From a virus (Duplodnaviria; Caudoviricetes), in the IMG/VR virus record IMGVR_UViG_3300046012_000561, positions 1-59,134 of that record: a stretch of 59,134 nt of DNA. One strand, 5' to 3'. The translations under genes were made by a program, and so were the position numbers. This document shows, piece after piece, positions 17,728 to 26,767 of the stretch. Numbering within the stretch: position 1 is the first letter of the stretch; each line of letters starts with the position of its first letter. The notes under the pieces were generated by a model that was not told the origin of the DNA, searched no databases, and saw nothing but the letters and a program-made list of their open reading frames with translations.

Positions 17728-17966
17728 GGCGTCACCGCCTTGAACGGGCCCATGTGGAGACCCAGCAGATGCCCGCAGGTGCAATACTGATCTACCGGGA
17801 AATAGGCCTGGGCGCGCGGCCTGGGATTGCCACACGGCCTTCTGCCATAGGCCGTCGCATAGGGGTTGCGCGGCTGCAGGGGCAGGGGAGGGGAGAGTTT
17901 GGCGGCGCGCTGGTCGGCGGCATCGAAGGCGGCCTGGAGGCGTGTCTGGCGGTCTGTGGCGGGCAT
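17724..17966 (-). CDS. First gene of the leftward operon, hypothetical
   Basis: Immediately downstream of the PL-like promoter. Confidence 0.5.
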   Translation of the reverse strand: MPATDRQTRLQAAFDAADQRAAKLSPPLPLQPRNPYATAYGRRPCGNPRPRAQAYFPVDQYCTCGHLLGLHMGPFKAVTP

Positions 17967-18022
17967 ATTCCCCATCCTTCTCAAGGGCTGGCCCGGCAAC
18001 CCGGGCTCAAATCAGCCATGGG

Positions 18023-18066
18023 ACGATAGTGGGACGTATCCCATCCTTCAATGGGACAAATCCCAT
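18023..18066 (-). promoter_or_regulatory. PL-like promoter with two repressor operators (OL)
   Basis: Minus strand TTGAAG-17 nt-TATCGT; operators GTGGGACGTATCCCAT (18029-18044) and ATGGGACAAATCCCAT (18051-18066). Confidence 0.75.
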
Positions 18067-18130
18067 TTTGTTGGGAAATGCGACCGTGCGACCCTCACGA
18101 CCGGGGACCAATCCTGGAAAGGCTTTTGAA

Positions 18131-18367
18131 ATGAGGGTGATCGGCGTGGCGGTTTTGTCCGCTCTTAGCCTGTCGGGATGCTCTTCAGGGGTGGCAGAAT
18201 ATGCCGGTCAGCCCGGCGCCCAGGCGGCTTATGACAAGTGCTGGGAGAAGGCGTACGCATTGCCCATCACCCAGCAAGCGGGCAGCAGCCCATTTTTGGT
18301 GGCAGCCATGGAAGGCGATTATGTGGATCAGTGCATGAGAGCGGCTGGTTTTCGACCAGGCAGCTAA
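18131..18367 (+). CDS. Small lipoprotein (immunity-region moron)
   Basis: MRVIGVAVLSALSLSGC lipobox; C...CMRAAGF. Confidence 0.75.
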   Translation: MRVIGVAVLSALSLSGCSSGVAEYAGQPGAQAAYDKCWEKAYALPITQQAGSSPFLVAAMEGDYVDQCMRAAGFRPGS

Positions 18368-18552
18368 GGGACTGGTGCCGGCAAAGAAGCCTCTCGCACC
18401 CGATAACAGCCGGTTCTTGGCGTTGCACACAGCCAAACCGTCCCAGTGATTCGATTGATCACCCAAAAGCGGCCACCGGCCGGTATCCCAGTATAAATAC
18501 CGCCTAAAAATACGGCAGCCAGCAGCGCCAGGCCCCCGATTGCCATCAACAC
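18364..18552 (-). CDS. Small membrane/exported protein downstream of cI
   Basis: AIGGLALLAAVFLGGIY TM, then INRITGTVWLC; start uncertain. Confidence 0.55.
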   Translation of the reverse strand: MLMAIGGLALLAAVFLGGIYTGIPAGGRFWVINRITGTVWLCATPRTGCYRVREASLPAPVP

Positions 18553-18592
18553 CCGGCCGTCGCCTATCGTGCCCCAGCAGCGTCGGACAGCT

Positions 18593-19270
18593 TCAAACAC
18601 CGTAAAGCTCTCCCCAAGGCACGACCCTGTGGATTGCTTGAATGTCCTTCCGTTGGAAGGCCAATGTCCGCTTGGGCTCAAACTGTTGGAGCGTGATAGT
18701 TTTAGAATTCACAGCGATAAGTTGCTTTATGAAGGCCCGCGGCGCCTCGCCAGCCTTTTGGGGCCGCATCTGGACCACCACAAAGTCCTCGATTTGATAT
18801 GGTTGTCCGGGATGGACGTACACGGGCGTTCCGCTTTTTGCCCACGGCCACATGGAGTTACCGACCACATAGAGGGCATAGGCCTCCCGAATCCCGTAAA
18901 GGCGAGGAGGCCGTTTGACGTAATCTATAGGCCCACTATTGAACTCGAATTCGCCATCGTCTCCGCATTGAGCCGCTCCAAGAACCGGCATATCGCGCGG
19001 CATCAGGTCAAAGCGAGGCATGTCGCGCAAATCTGGGCGGTCGCCACCAGGCGAGGCAGATCCCGGCGGAGGCTCAAGAAACCAATCCGTTATCGGGATT
19101 CCCAAGGCGTTTGAGAGCTTCTCGGCATTGGGAATTTGAGGGGTTACACCCCTCTCAAGAACATCGCGTAAGAAGGTTGAATTGAGCTTTCCGCGCCGGG
19201 CAATCGGTGCCCATTCCTTCCCAGCGACCAGTTCTCGCAGCAAGTCTCGCCAGTTAGCCCGAATCTTCAT
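18593..19270 (-). CDS. cI: CI-like repressor (HTH + S24 autopeptidase)
   Basis: N-terminal HTH; AQCG cleavage-site region, VVGNSMWP catalytic Ser, FIKQL catalytic Lys. Confidence 0.9.
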   Translation of the reverse strand: MKIRANWRDLLRELVAGKEWAPIARRGKLNSTFLRDVLERGVTPQIPNAEKLSNALGIPITDWFLEPPPGSASPGGDRPDLRDMPRFDLMPRDMPVLGAAQCGDDGEFEFNSGPIDYVKRPPRLYGIREAYALYVVGNSMWPWAKSGTPVYVHPGQPYQIEDFVVVQMRPQKAGEAPRAFIKQLIAVNSKTITLQQFEPKRTLAFQRKDIQAIHRVVPWGELYGV

Positions 19271-19285
19271 GGTGGTTGGACGGTA

Positions 19286-19353
19286 ATGGGCTCCGTCCCA
19301 TGGGCGAAAAGGGAAGTGTCCCATTGACAAATGGGACAAATCCCACCCATCTT
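19286..19353 (+). promoter_or_regulatory. OR region: three operators and a PR-like promoter
   Basis: ATGGGCTCCGTCCCAT (19286-19301), AAGGGAAGTGTCCCAT (19309-19324), ATGGGACAAATCCCAC (19331-19346); TTGACA at 19324-19329. Confidence 0.8.
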
Positions 19354-19356
19354 GGG

Positions 19357-19608
19357 ATGATGTCGGATCACCAGCCAAAATCGCTACTCCAGGAAATCGA
19401 GGAATTTCTCAGTCGGCAAGATTTGGGGATGACCGAAACTGCATTCGGCATTGCAGCCCTGAAAGACGGCAAGCTCATCCCAAATCTGCGCAATGGTCGG
19501 CGCCTTTGGCCTGAGACCGAAGCCAAAGTCAGAAATTTCATCGCTAGTGAGATCAAAAGGCTGAGCGAAGAGGCGCCGGAAAAGCGGCGCCGAGGGGCCC
19601 TCGCATAA
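19357..19608 (+). CDS. cro: Cro-like repressor
   Basis: LLQEIEEFL...GMTETAFG...DGKLIPNLRNGR; divergent from cI, apparently leaderless. Confidence 0.8.
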   Translation: MMSDHQPKSLLQEIEEFLSRQDLGMTETAFGIAALKDGKLIPNLRNGRRLWPETEAKVRNFIASEIKRLSEEAPEKRRRGALA

Positions 19609-19672
19609 TGACGGCGCTGGGGGCCCTGAAGATTGCAGCCGAGCTTCGCCGTCATGCGGGGGCGCCACGCCC

Positions 19673-19795
19673 ATGACGCTGCTGGGGGCTGAACAAATCC
19701 TTGCATTCACCTTCGCCGCGCTGTTGCCGCTTTCCGGCGTGGCCACGATCCTCGCCGTGATCTGTGATGCTTTTCGTCATCGGGTGCGGCCATGA
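19673..19795 (+). CDS. Small membrane peptide (40 aa)
   Basis: Manual: MTLLGAEQILAFTFAALLPLSGVATILAVICDAFRHRVRP; ATGA-coupled at both ends. Confidence 0.45.
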   Translation: MTLLGAEQILAFTFAALLPLSGVATILAVICDAFRHRVRP

Positions 19796-20244
19796 GGGGG
19801 GGGCCTCGCGGCGGCGCGCGTCAGACAGAAACGCTGGAATTCATCCGCGCCCATCTCAGAGCGCATGGCATCGGCCCATCGCTGGACGAGATCGCTTCCG
19901 CCATCGGCTATGCTTCCAAGTCCTGTGCCCATCGCGTCGTGGACAAGCTGGTCCGGGACGGCCGCATTGTCAGATTGACCAACAGGGCGCGCGGGATCGA
20001 CTTGGTTGAGTCCGAACAGGATCACCTTGCCGATTGTGCATGTGGTCGGTGTGAGGAGCGCCGCTATCTCGCTGGTCTCAAGCTCGTGCAGAGCCTGAAA
20101 GTCGAGCCGCCAGTCGCGGTCCGCATCGCCTTCTGCACCAACATTCGCCCCCTTCCCAATTCCACGCGCGCTGCCTTCCTCGGTAGCGATTGCCGTGGAG
20201 CCGCCCCGCGCACGCGAGCGGCTGTTCCCCGGAGCGCAAAGTGA
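19792..20244 (+). CDS. LexA DNA-binding-domain protein (no peptidase domain)
   Basis: RQTETLEFI...GIGPSLDEIASAIGYAS...RARGI. Confidence 0.8.
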   Translation: MRGGPRGGARQTETLEFIRAHLRAHGIGPSLDEIASAIGYASKSCAHRVVDKLVRDGRIVRLTNRARGIDLVESEQDHLADCACGRCEERRYLAGLKLVQSLKVEPPVAVRIAFCTNIRPLPNSTRAAFLGSDCRGAAPRTRAAVPRSAK

Positions 20245-20398
20245 TGGGCCGCGCCCGCGCTTCGCTTCGGGGCCTTCATTCCGGGGAGGGCGCATTCGCG
20301 TCTGCCTCGAATAGCGAGCGCCAGGACAATGAGCCTGGCGCCAGGGGTTTGGTGAAACAAGCCATGCGGTTGCGTGGCGGAACCGAGGGTGAGTTCCA

Positions 20399-20812
20399 AT
20401 GGTGAGACAGGCAACGAAGCGGAACGGGACAACTGGTGCACCTTCAACAACTAGTGTCCCGGTCAACGAGCGCGATGCCGCGCTCGAATTTTCCGCCGTG
20501 ATTATCCCCTTCAGCTACGGGGAGTTAGCCAGCGCTTCCAAGCGCGGCAAGGAAGCGGCGAAGAAGTGGAAGGAAGGGCGATCCCTGCCTTCCGCCTGGT
20601 CGATGCTCAACATGGCCAGGGACATCCCCGCCGTGCGCGCCTGGATGATGGCGAAGCTGGGCGACACCCCGCACATGCAGTTCAACAGCGCCCAGGGAAT
20701 CGATGTGCTGGCGCGCGCCATGCAATCCCTTGCCCATCTGCCTGGGCCAGACGGCGATGCCATCCGCGCCCTCATGCAGGGCGCCCAGATCAAGCCGGGC
20801 GGTCGCGCATGA
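20399..20812 (+). CDS. Putative CII-like/HTH regulator
   Basis: ELASASKRGKEAAKKWKEGRSLPS; position after cro. Confidence 0.5.
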   Translation: MVRQATKRNGTTGAPSTTSVPVNERDAALEFSAVIIPFSYGELASASKRGKEAAKKWKEGRSLPSAWSMLNMARDIPAVRAWMMAKLGDTPHMQFNSAQGIDVLARAMQSLAHLPGPDGDAIRALMQGAQIKPGGRA

Positions 20813-20873
20813 TCGGCGCGAAGGTACATCTGTTGGGCGTCCAGCCCACAACATGCTTCCCGGTGCGGCGCCC

Positions 20874-21155
20874 ATGATGCGCTTCACACCGGCCAAGCCG
20901 CACCGCCCCTTCCACCAGCCGCCGGGGCGGGAGAATGCGAGGGGCTTCACCGAATACGCGATGGTCAGGGCCATCGTCGCCCAAGTCACCGAGAGGGCGC
21001 TGCTGCTGACCAACGAGAGCGTGACGGTCCCGGTGTGGGTGCCCCGCTCCAGACTTCAGTCGGGCTCCAGGGCCATGACGATGGGCGCAATCCGGGGACA
21101 GGAAATCGCCGTGCAGGTCGAGCTTCAATTCGCGCTGGATCAACGCCTGGTCTGA
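20874..21155 (+). CDS. Hypothetical phage protein
   Basis: TERALLL...VWVPRS motif. Confidence 0.6.
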   Translation: MMRFTPAKPHRPFHQPPGRENARGFTEYAMVRAIVAQVTERALLLTNESVTVPVWVPRSRLQSGSRAMTMGAIRGQEIAVQVELQFALDQRLV

Positions 21156-21229
21156 ATTCAGCCGCAGGGGCGCGCGGCAGTAGCAGCGCCTCAGACATTT
21201 ATCCGCAGCACGCGGGGAGGGTAAGCAGA

Positions 21230-21874
21230 ATGGCAAAATCCAAAACGGCCGGGACGAGGGCGGGGCGCGCTCGAAGGGGCAAAGGCGAATCCATGACCGA
21301 GGCGAAGGCGTCGGCTGTGGAAGTCCGCGTGCCGGTAAACCAAGGCGATCTTATGTTGCCCGCGCCGGACGATTACCAGCATCACAAGAAGTCGATCTTG
21401 GGCGCGCTGGAAAAGAAGGAAACGGCAAATTCCTTTTATCGAAACTGCCTGAAGAGGGCTCAGCAGGCGGGCGTGGATACCGACGCACTCTTGGAAGCCC
21501 ATCGCATCGTCCGCGCCAACGATCCGCGCGCCACAGCCAACAAACTCAACCAGTTGGCCTTCGCGCTGGAACAGGAGGGTTTCTCCATCCACATCACCGT
21601 TCACGACACGCTGGCGGGAGACGAAATGGATTTGATTTATCGCCGATTCTATCAGGACGGTAAGGCCGGCAAGAGCCTCGATTGCCGCTATCCTGTCGGA
21701 AGCGATCTGGCGACCCAAGCGGCCCGCGCTTGGCGTCATGGCATGGCACTGAACGCCGGGACCAGCATCGAGGACTCCAACACGGTGGTGGACGAAGACA
21801 CCGCCGCCCAGGAAGCCAAGCTCCCGCCGCCGCCGAAGATGGTCACCACAGAAGGGCAGGCTCTGCACTCCTGA
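21230..21874 (+). CDS. GapR(DUF2312)-like N-domain plus RMF-like C-terminal motif protein
   Basis: EKKETANSFYRNCLKRAQQAGVDTDAL resembles the GapR core; YQDGKAG...CRY...AWRHG. Confidence 0.5.
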   Translation: MAKSKTAGTRAGRARRGKGESMTEAKASAVEVRVPVNQGDLMLPAPDDYQHHKKSILGALEKKETANSFYRNCLKRAQQAGVDTDALLEAHRIVRANDPRATANKLNQLAFALEQEGFSIHITVHDTLAGDEMDLIYRRFYQDGKAGKSLDCRYPVGSDLATQAARAWRHGMALNAGTSIEDSNTVVDEDTAAQEAKLPPPPKMVTTEGQALHS

Positions 21875-21876
21875 CC

Positions 21877-22116
21877 ATGCTGACCAGCGCCGCCATCTCC
21901 GAGGTTTTCGAGGAAGTCTGCCGCCGCTATTCGCAGGCCGTGAGGGATCACGACCGGACGCGAGGTGGGATGGGCTCCGTGGAACGCGGAGAGGCGGCGC
22001 TGGCCACGCGCCAAGCCATCGAGGCCGAGTTCAAGCGCTGCTTCCGGCCCATCGCAATCTTCGATTGGGACCGCGTGGAGCGCGCCGCCAAGGGCGATCT
22101 GGGGGATTTGCGATGA
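21877..22116 (+). CDS. Hypothetical protein
   Basis: Packed in operon. Confidence 0.55.
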   Translation: MLTSAAISEVFEEVCRRYSQAVRDHDRTRGGMGSVERGEAALATRQAIEAEFKRCFRPIAIFDWDRVERAAKGDLGDLR

Positions 22117-22604
22117 CCCATAGCTTCACCATTCCCGGCAGGTTGATCGGAAAGGGCAGGCCGAAGTTTTCCAAGGCGGGGGGTTTCGTGCGCGTCTATA
22201 CGCCCGAGAAGACCCGCAACTGCGAAGCGATGGTCCGCAGCTTCGGCTTGGAGGCGATGGGCCATACCCCGCCGCTGGCCGGCCCCGTCTGGCTGTCCGT
22301 CCATTCCAGCATCATCCCGCCGCCGTCCTGGTCGAAGAAGAGACGCGCTGCCGCCACTTTCGTCACCGGCAAGCCAGACCTAGACAATGTGCTGAAGCTG
22401 GTGGGCGATTCTCTCAACGGCGTCTGCTGGGTGGATGATAGCCAAATCAGCGCCGTGTTCTTCGTGCGCACCTACACGCTCGACCAGGCCGAGATGGTCA
22501 AGGTGCAATTCGGCGAGATCACCGACGATCACAACGCCGTCGCCTTTGAGCGCCCGGCAGGCATTCCCGAAGAGATGCCGCTTTTTGCAGGGGCGGGACC
22601 ATGA
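22113..22604 (+). CDS. rusA: RusA-family Holliday junction resolvase
   Basis: GKGRP, YTPEKT, KPDLDNVLK..GDSLNG..WVDDSQI. Confidence 0.9.
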   Translation: MTHSFTIPGRLIGKGRPKFSKAGGFVRVYTPEKTRNCEAMVRSFGLEAMGHTPPLAGPVWLSVHSSIIPPPSWSKKRRAAATFVTGKPDLDNVLKLVGDSLNGVCWVDDSQISAVFFVRTYTLDQAEMVKVQFGEITDDHNAVAFERPAGIPEEMPLFAGAGP

Positions 22605-23875
22605 GCAAGCTCGTCGCGCTCGCCACCCTCCAATTCGAAGTCCCGCCCACGCCATCGAAAGACCTGGGCAAGCGGGGCGAACTCCGGTGGATCCCGCTGT
22701 CGCGGCTGATGGTGGACGAGACCTATCAGCGCCCCATCGAGGCCGCGGGCAAGAAGAACATTCGCCGGATCATCGAAGAATTCCACTGGACCAAATTCGG
22801 CCCGCTGATCGTCTCCCCCAGGCATGGCGGGGTCTATGCCATCATTGACGGCCAGCACCATGCCGTCGCCGCTGCACTTCATGGCGGCGTGCCGGAAGTG
22901 CCGTGCTGGGTTCTGGATTGCACGCCCGAGGAAGAGGCGCGCGCCTTCTCCACCATCAACGGCATCGTGACGCGCGTTCACCCGCAATATCTGTTCCGGG
23001 CCAGGATCGACTCTGGGGATGCTGGCGCAGTCGCGGCCGACGAGGCCGCCTGCGCCGCTGGCGCCCGCATCATGCCGTACCCGCAGGCCTCGCATCAGCT
23101 CAAGGTCGGTGAAACCCTCGCAGGCAGGACCATCGAGCTTGCCCTGGGCCGCTATGGCCGAGAGGCGGTGGTGACCGCCATGGAATTGATCACCAGGACG
23201 GGCGATGGCAATCCCGGCATGTTGCGCGCCGATCTAATCGACGGCTTCGCGGAATGCCTTTTCACCCATCCGAAATGGCTGGCCAACAAGACGGGCATTC
23301 GCCTTAGCGTCGAAGCCCGAGGTCTGCGTACCATTTATGCCGACGCGATGAAGGCCTGCGCTTCGCTGACGTGGCGCACCATCAAATCGCAAGTCTCGTC
23401 CGGCCTGGCTGAGCTGCTGCATGAACGGCATGGCGACGGAGGGAAAGCCTCCACGCCGCAAAAAACCCTGGGGGTCCAGGTCCGCGAGCAGGCCCGGCGG
23501 GAACACGATCAGCAGTCGCGGCCGACGAGGCCGCCTGCGCCGCCGGCTGAACCTCCCCAACCGCAGCACGCGCCGCTGGCGGCTTCCACGGCCCAGCCGG
23601 AAGCGAAGAAGCATTATCCCGCCGTCATCCGTCGCCCCATGCCCATCTTCGCGCCCACAAGCAACGAACAGGAACGGGTCGGCGTGGACCTGGACCATCA
23701 GGGTAAGTTCAAGATCACCACCTATCTGCTCCGCAAGGGCCACATGGCTACTGCGCAGGGCGTGGGCTACCGCATCGACGGCCGCTATCACGATCTGGAC
23801 GAAGCGCTGGAAGTGGTCAATCGCCATCGCGCGAAAGCTGATCTGCCTGACCTCAAAAGAGGGGGCGTGGTCTGA
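22601..23875 (+). CDS. ParB/Srx-like N-terminal domain protein (DUF6551-like)
   Basis: VDETYQR, FHWTKFG, AIIDGQHH, EEARAFSTIN. Confidence 0.75.
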   Translation: MSKLVALATLQFEVPPTPSKDLGKRGELRWIPLSRLMVDETYQRPIEAAGKKNIRRIIEEFHWTKFGPLIVSPRHGGVYAIIDGQHHAVAAALHGGVPEVPCWVLDCTPEEEARAFSTINGIVTRVHPQYLFRARIDSGDAGAVAADEAACAAGARIMPYPQASHQLKVGETLAGRTIELALGRYGREAVVTAMELITRTGDGNPGMLRADLIDGFAECLFTHPKWLANKTGIRLSVEARGLRTIYADAMKACASLTWRTIKSQVSSGLAELLHERHGDGGKASTPQKTLGVQVREQARREHDQQSRPTRPPAPPAEPPQPQHAPLAASTAQPEAKKHYPAVIRRPMPIFAPTSNEQERVGVDLDHQGKFKITTYLLRKGHMATAQGVGYRIDGRYHDLDEALEVVNRHRAKADLPDLKRGGVV

Positions 23876-24510
23876 TGGACTGGCAGTTCGGCGCCCTCAA
23901 GATGTTCGGCTATGACCTGATCGTGGCGGACCCGCCCTGGCGCTTCGATCTTTTCCGCGAGGAGACAGGCAGCGAGAAGGGGCCGGCGCATCATTACGGG
24001 ACGATGGCGCTGGAGGACATCAAGGCCCTGCGCGTGGGCGACTTGGCGGGGAAGGATTGTCTCCTGCTGCTCTGGACCTGCGGGTGGGCGATGGCGACGG
24101 GCCAGGCCCAGGACGTAGCGCGCGCCTGGGGCTTCCAGCCGAAAAGCGAAATCATCTGGAACAAGCGCACCGCGACCGGGAAGTGGCGGCTGGGGACGGG
24201 TTATCGGGTCCGCACCATGCACGAGCCGATTTTGCTCTGCACCGTCGGCAACCCGATCCACGCGGCTTTTCCATCTGCCTTTGATGGCCTGGCGCGCGAA
24301 CATTCTCGCAAGCCCGAAAAGTTCTACCAGCTGATCGACAAGCACGCGCCGTTGCTGAAGGGCCGGGCCGATCTTTTCAGCCGCGCCACGCGCAAGGGAT
24401 GGGATGGCTGGGGCTTCGAAGTCGGGAAGTTTGACGCGCCGCCAAAAGAGGCAGGGAAGCCGTCGCCCCCCCCCGCATCAGCCTCCCGTTCGGATAGGCG
24501 GGCAGCATGA
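23875..24510 (+). CDS. MT-A70 family adenine methyltransferase
   Basis: ADPPW catalytic motif, HYGTM, WGF, HSRKP, LFSR, GWDGWG. Confidence 0.92.
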   Translation: MDWQFGALKMFGYDLIVADPPWRFDLFREETGSEKGPAHHYGTMALEDIKALRVGDLAGKDCLLLLWTCGWAMATGQAQDVARAWGFQPKSEIIWNKRTATGKWRLGTGYRVRTMHEPILLCTVGNPIHAAFPSAFDGLAREHSRKPEKFYQLIDKHAPLLKGRADLFSRATRKGWDGWGFEVGKFDAPPKEAGKPSPPPASASRSDRRAA

Positions 24511-24598
24511 AAAAGATTACGCCCAATTCCGCCCATTTCCGCCTACCGGACCGAGCCGGCGGCGGCGATGGTGGCACGGTATTTTACGGAGGGGACAC

Positions 24599-25174
24599 AT
24601 GTTCATAGTTGAATATGACGACGGCCTGAATTTGCTGGTGGGGCCCAAGGGGGATTGGCGGCGCTTCGAGTATGGCGGGTTCGACTTTTACGCAGTGGTC
24701 GCATTGTCAGATTGGGAGCCCGTCGTTCGCCTGATCGCTGAGCGGATCGGCCTGGATGTCGATCTTTGCATTGCTCGGATCGGTGAAGGCCGACGCGATC
24801 AAGCGGAATTCGTCGGCTTTTTGGACGAATTGGAGGCCGACAGGAATGCCCTCTACTACGACATCGAGCGCAATGTTTACGCGATTGCTGAAATTCGTCG
24901 GATTGCTGCTGACTATCGCAACGTAAAAGCCGCGCGAGAAGCGAAGAAGATTCATACTCAGCGCCGGCGTGCGCAGTTCGACCGTGTGCGCGACGATCTT
25001 GTTCTGAAACTGCTGGCTGCTGGCCGGGCTTACGTCTGTACCAAGGATGGGTGCGCGGTGAACAACAACCTCACCGTCGATCACATCACAGCGCTCAGCA
25101 AAGGCGGGACCGACGATCTGGTCAACCTTCAGTTCCTGTGTGCTCCGCACAACAGCGAGAAAGGCGACCGCTAG
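24599..25174 (+). CDS. HNH endonuclease
   Basis: C-terminal LTVDHITALSKGGTDDLVNLQFLCAPHNSEKG; GGAGG RBS. Confidence 0.85.
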   Translation: MFIVEYDDGLNLLVGPKGDWRRFEYGGFDFYAVVALSDWEPVVRLIAERIGLDVDLCIARIGEGRRDQAEFVGFLDELEADRNALYYDIERNVYAIAEIRRIAADYRNVKAAREAKKIHTQRRRAQFDRVRDDLVLKLLAAGRAYVCTKDGCAVNNNLTVDHITALSKGGTDDLVNLQFLCAPHNSEKGDR

Positions 25175-25179
25175 AAAAA

Positions 25180-26130
25180 ATGGCGCGCAAGACCGACAAT
25201 TACCGCTACGCGATCATCCCTGCCGGCGCCATCACCGATGCGCGGGTTGAACCGCGTGCGCTTCAGGTCCTGTGCCTCTTGGGTCGCCATGCCAATGACA
25301 ATGGCTGGTGCCGGCGCAGCCAGGTCAAGATGGCCGAGGAGCTGAATTGCGGGCGCACCACGATCAATCGCGCCATCGATCTGCTGGTGGAAACTGGCTA
25401 TGTCGAGCGGAAGGAAGAGGGGCGCGGAAGCGCAAAACCCCAGCCTGGCAAGCAGCCTTTCGCGGCATACTCATATCGGGTCCGGCTCGACCGATCCGAC
25501 AAGGAAATTCAAGACGTTACGGAGGGGGGTGTCTATGAGCGGACACCTGATGGGGGGTGTCAACCAGTGGACAGGGGGGTGTCCACCCAGGCGGACACGG
25601 GGGTGTCCACATCACGGACACCCTTAACAGAACATACCCCTTCTAAAGATGCCCCTGTTGAACAGGAAGAGGGCCGGGCTTCGCCGGCCCCCGAAGCGGT
25701 CCAAGCCGATCTTCTCGGTGACGATCCTTCCAAGCCCCTTTCCCCAGCTGAGACCTTGAACGCGGCCTATGCCGCCTACGAGGAAGCCCGTCAGCGCACC
25801 GGCTGGTCGAAGGTCCAGATGCGGACGGGCGCCCGCGATGCTGCCTTGCGAGCCCGGCTGAAAGAAGCGGGTGGCCTGCAGGGCTGGCACGCCGCCATCG
25901 CCAGAGCCGAGGCCAGCGATTTCTGTTGCGGGCGGGCGCCGCCTGGGCATGGACGCACCAAGGCGTTCATGGCCGATTTCGACAAGCTGACGCAGCAATC
26001 ATTTTTCGTGAAGTTGATGGAGGGCAAGTATGACAACCGCGAAGGTGGCAAAGGGCCAAGCGGTGGCGGTGGCGGAATCCTCGAAGTCGCTGCCCGCCGA
26101 GCAGCCGATCGCGCTGCCGCCGGTTCTTAG
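25180..26130 (+). CDS. Phage replication initiator (HTH N-domain)
   Basis: SQVKMAEELNCGRTTINRAIDLLVETGY HTH; internal iterons; C-terminal ADFD.L...KLMEGKYDN. Confidence 0.8.
   Translation: MARKTDNYRYAIIPAGAITDARVEPRALQVLCLLGRHANDNGWCRRSQVKMAEELNCGRTTINRAIDLLVETGYVERKEEGRGSAKPQPGKQPFAAYSYRVRLDRSDKEIQDVTEGGVYERTPDGGCQPVDRGVSTQADTGVSTSRTPLTEHTPSKDAPVEQEEGRASPAPEAVQADLLGDDPSKPLSPAETLNAAYAAYEEARQRTGWSKVQMRTGARDAALRARLKEAGGLQGWHAAIARAEASDFCCGRAPPGHGRTKAFMADFDKLTQQSFFVKLMEGKYDNREGGKGPSGGGGGILEVAARRAADRAAAGS
25524..25623. repeat. Iterons (origin of replication) inside the initiator gene
   Basis: Four units of GGGGGTGTC-N7-9-GGACA, each with internal dyad symmetry. Confidence 0.75.
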
Positions 26131-26767
26131 CGAGGAACGGCGCACCGATGGATTCCGCTCTCGCATGTGGGGCGTGCGGAAGCTGAAGCCTGGCGAAGAG
26201 GTGCCGGTGAAGTGGGCCCTGGCGCATCTGGAAATGCGCGATGTTCCCACGACCTCCACACAAATCGACTGGCATATCGGAAGGCTGCTCAGCCATTGGG
26301 ACAACAGCCGGACCACCGCTGCCGTCCAGAACGAGCAGCTGGCGGACTGGGAGATTGACCTGGCCCCCTATGCCGAAGCGCACATTGCCGAGGCCTGCGC
26401 GATTTGGCGGCGGACGCAGGTTTTCAAGCCAAAAATTGCCGAGATCATCACCCTGGTCGAGAACTTCCAGTTTCGAGACAGGGAAAATGCCCGGCGCTGC
26501 CGCGTCCTTCTCGGTCTGCAGGAGCCGAGGTCTTTTGAGAGAATCCCGCCAGCTTCCAAAAATTCTCCAGCCGATCCATCCAAGGCCGCGGCAATAATGG
26601 AAAAGCTCAGCGCGCTCTTTCCCTCTCGACGCAAGCCGGAGCCGGCGCCGCGCGTGCCGATCGACAGAAGCGCGATCAAGAAAGACCTGGACAGCCGCGA
26701 TCCTGTTGCCGTCGAGAAGCTGAGGGCATTTCGCCCGGCAGCAGCACCAGCCGAGAAAAACCCATGA
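26030..26767 (+). CDS. Putative helicase loader (P-like position)
   Basis: Overlaps the initiator end; DWEIDLAPY...ACAIWRR...KPKIAEI. Confidence 0.55.
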   Translation: MTTAKVAKGQAVAVAESSKSLPAEQPIALPPVLSEERRTDGFRSRMWGVRKLKPGEEVPVKWALAHLEMRDVPTTSTQIDWHIGRLLSHWDNSRTTAAVQNEQLADWEIDLAPYAEAHIAEACAIWRRTQVFKPKIAEIITLVENFQFRDRENARRCRVLLGLQEPRSFERIPPASKNSPADPSKAAAIMEKLSALFPSRRKPEPAPRVPIDRSAIKKDLDSRDPVAVEKLRAFRPAAAPAEKNP

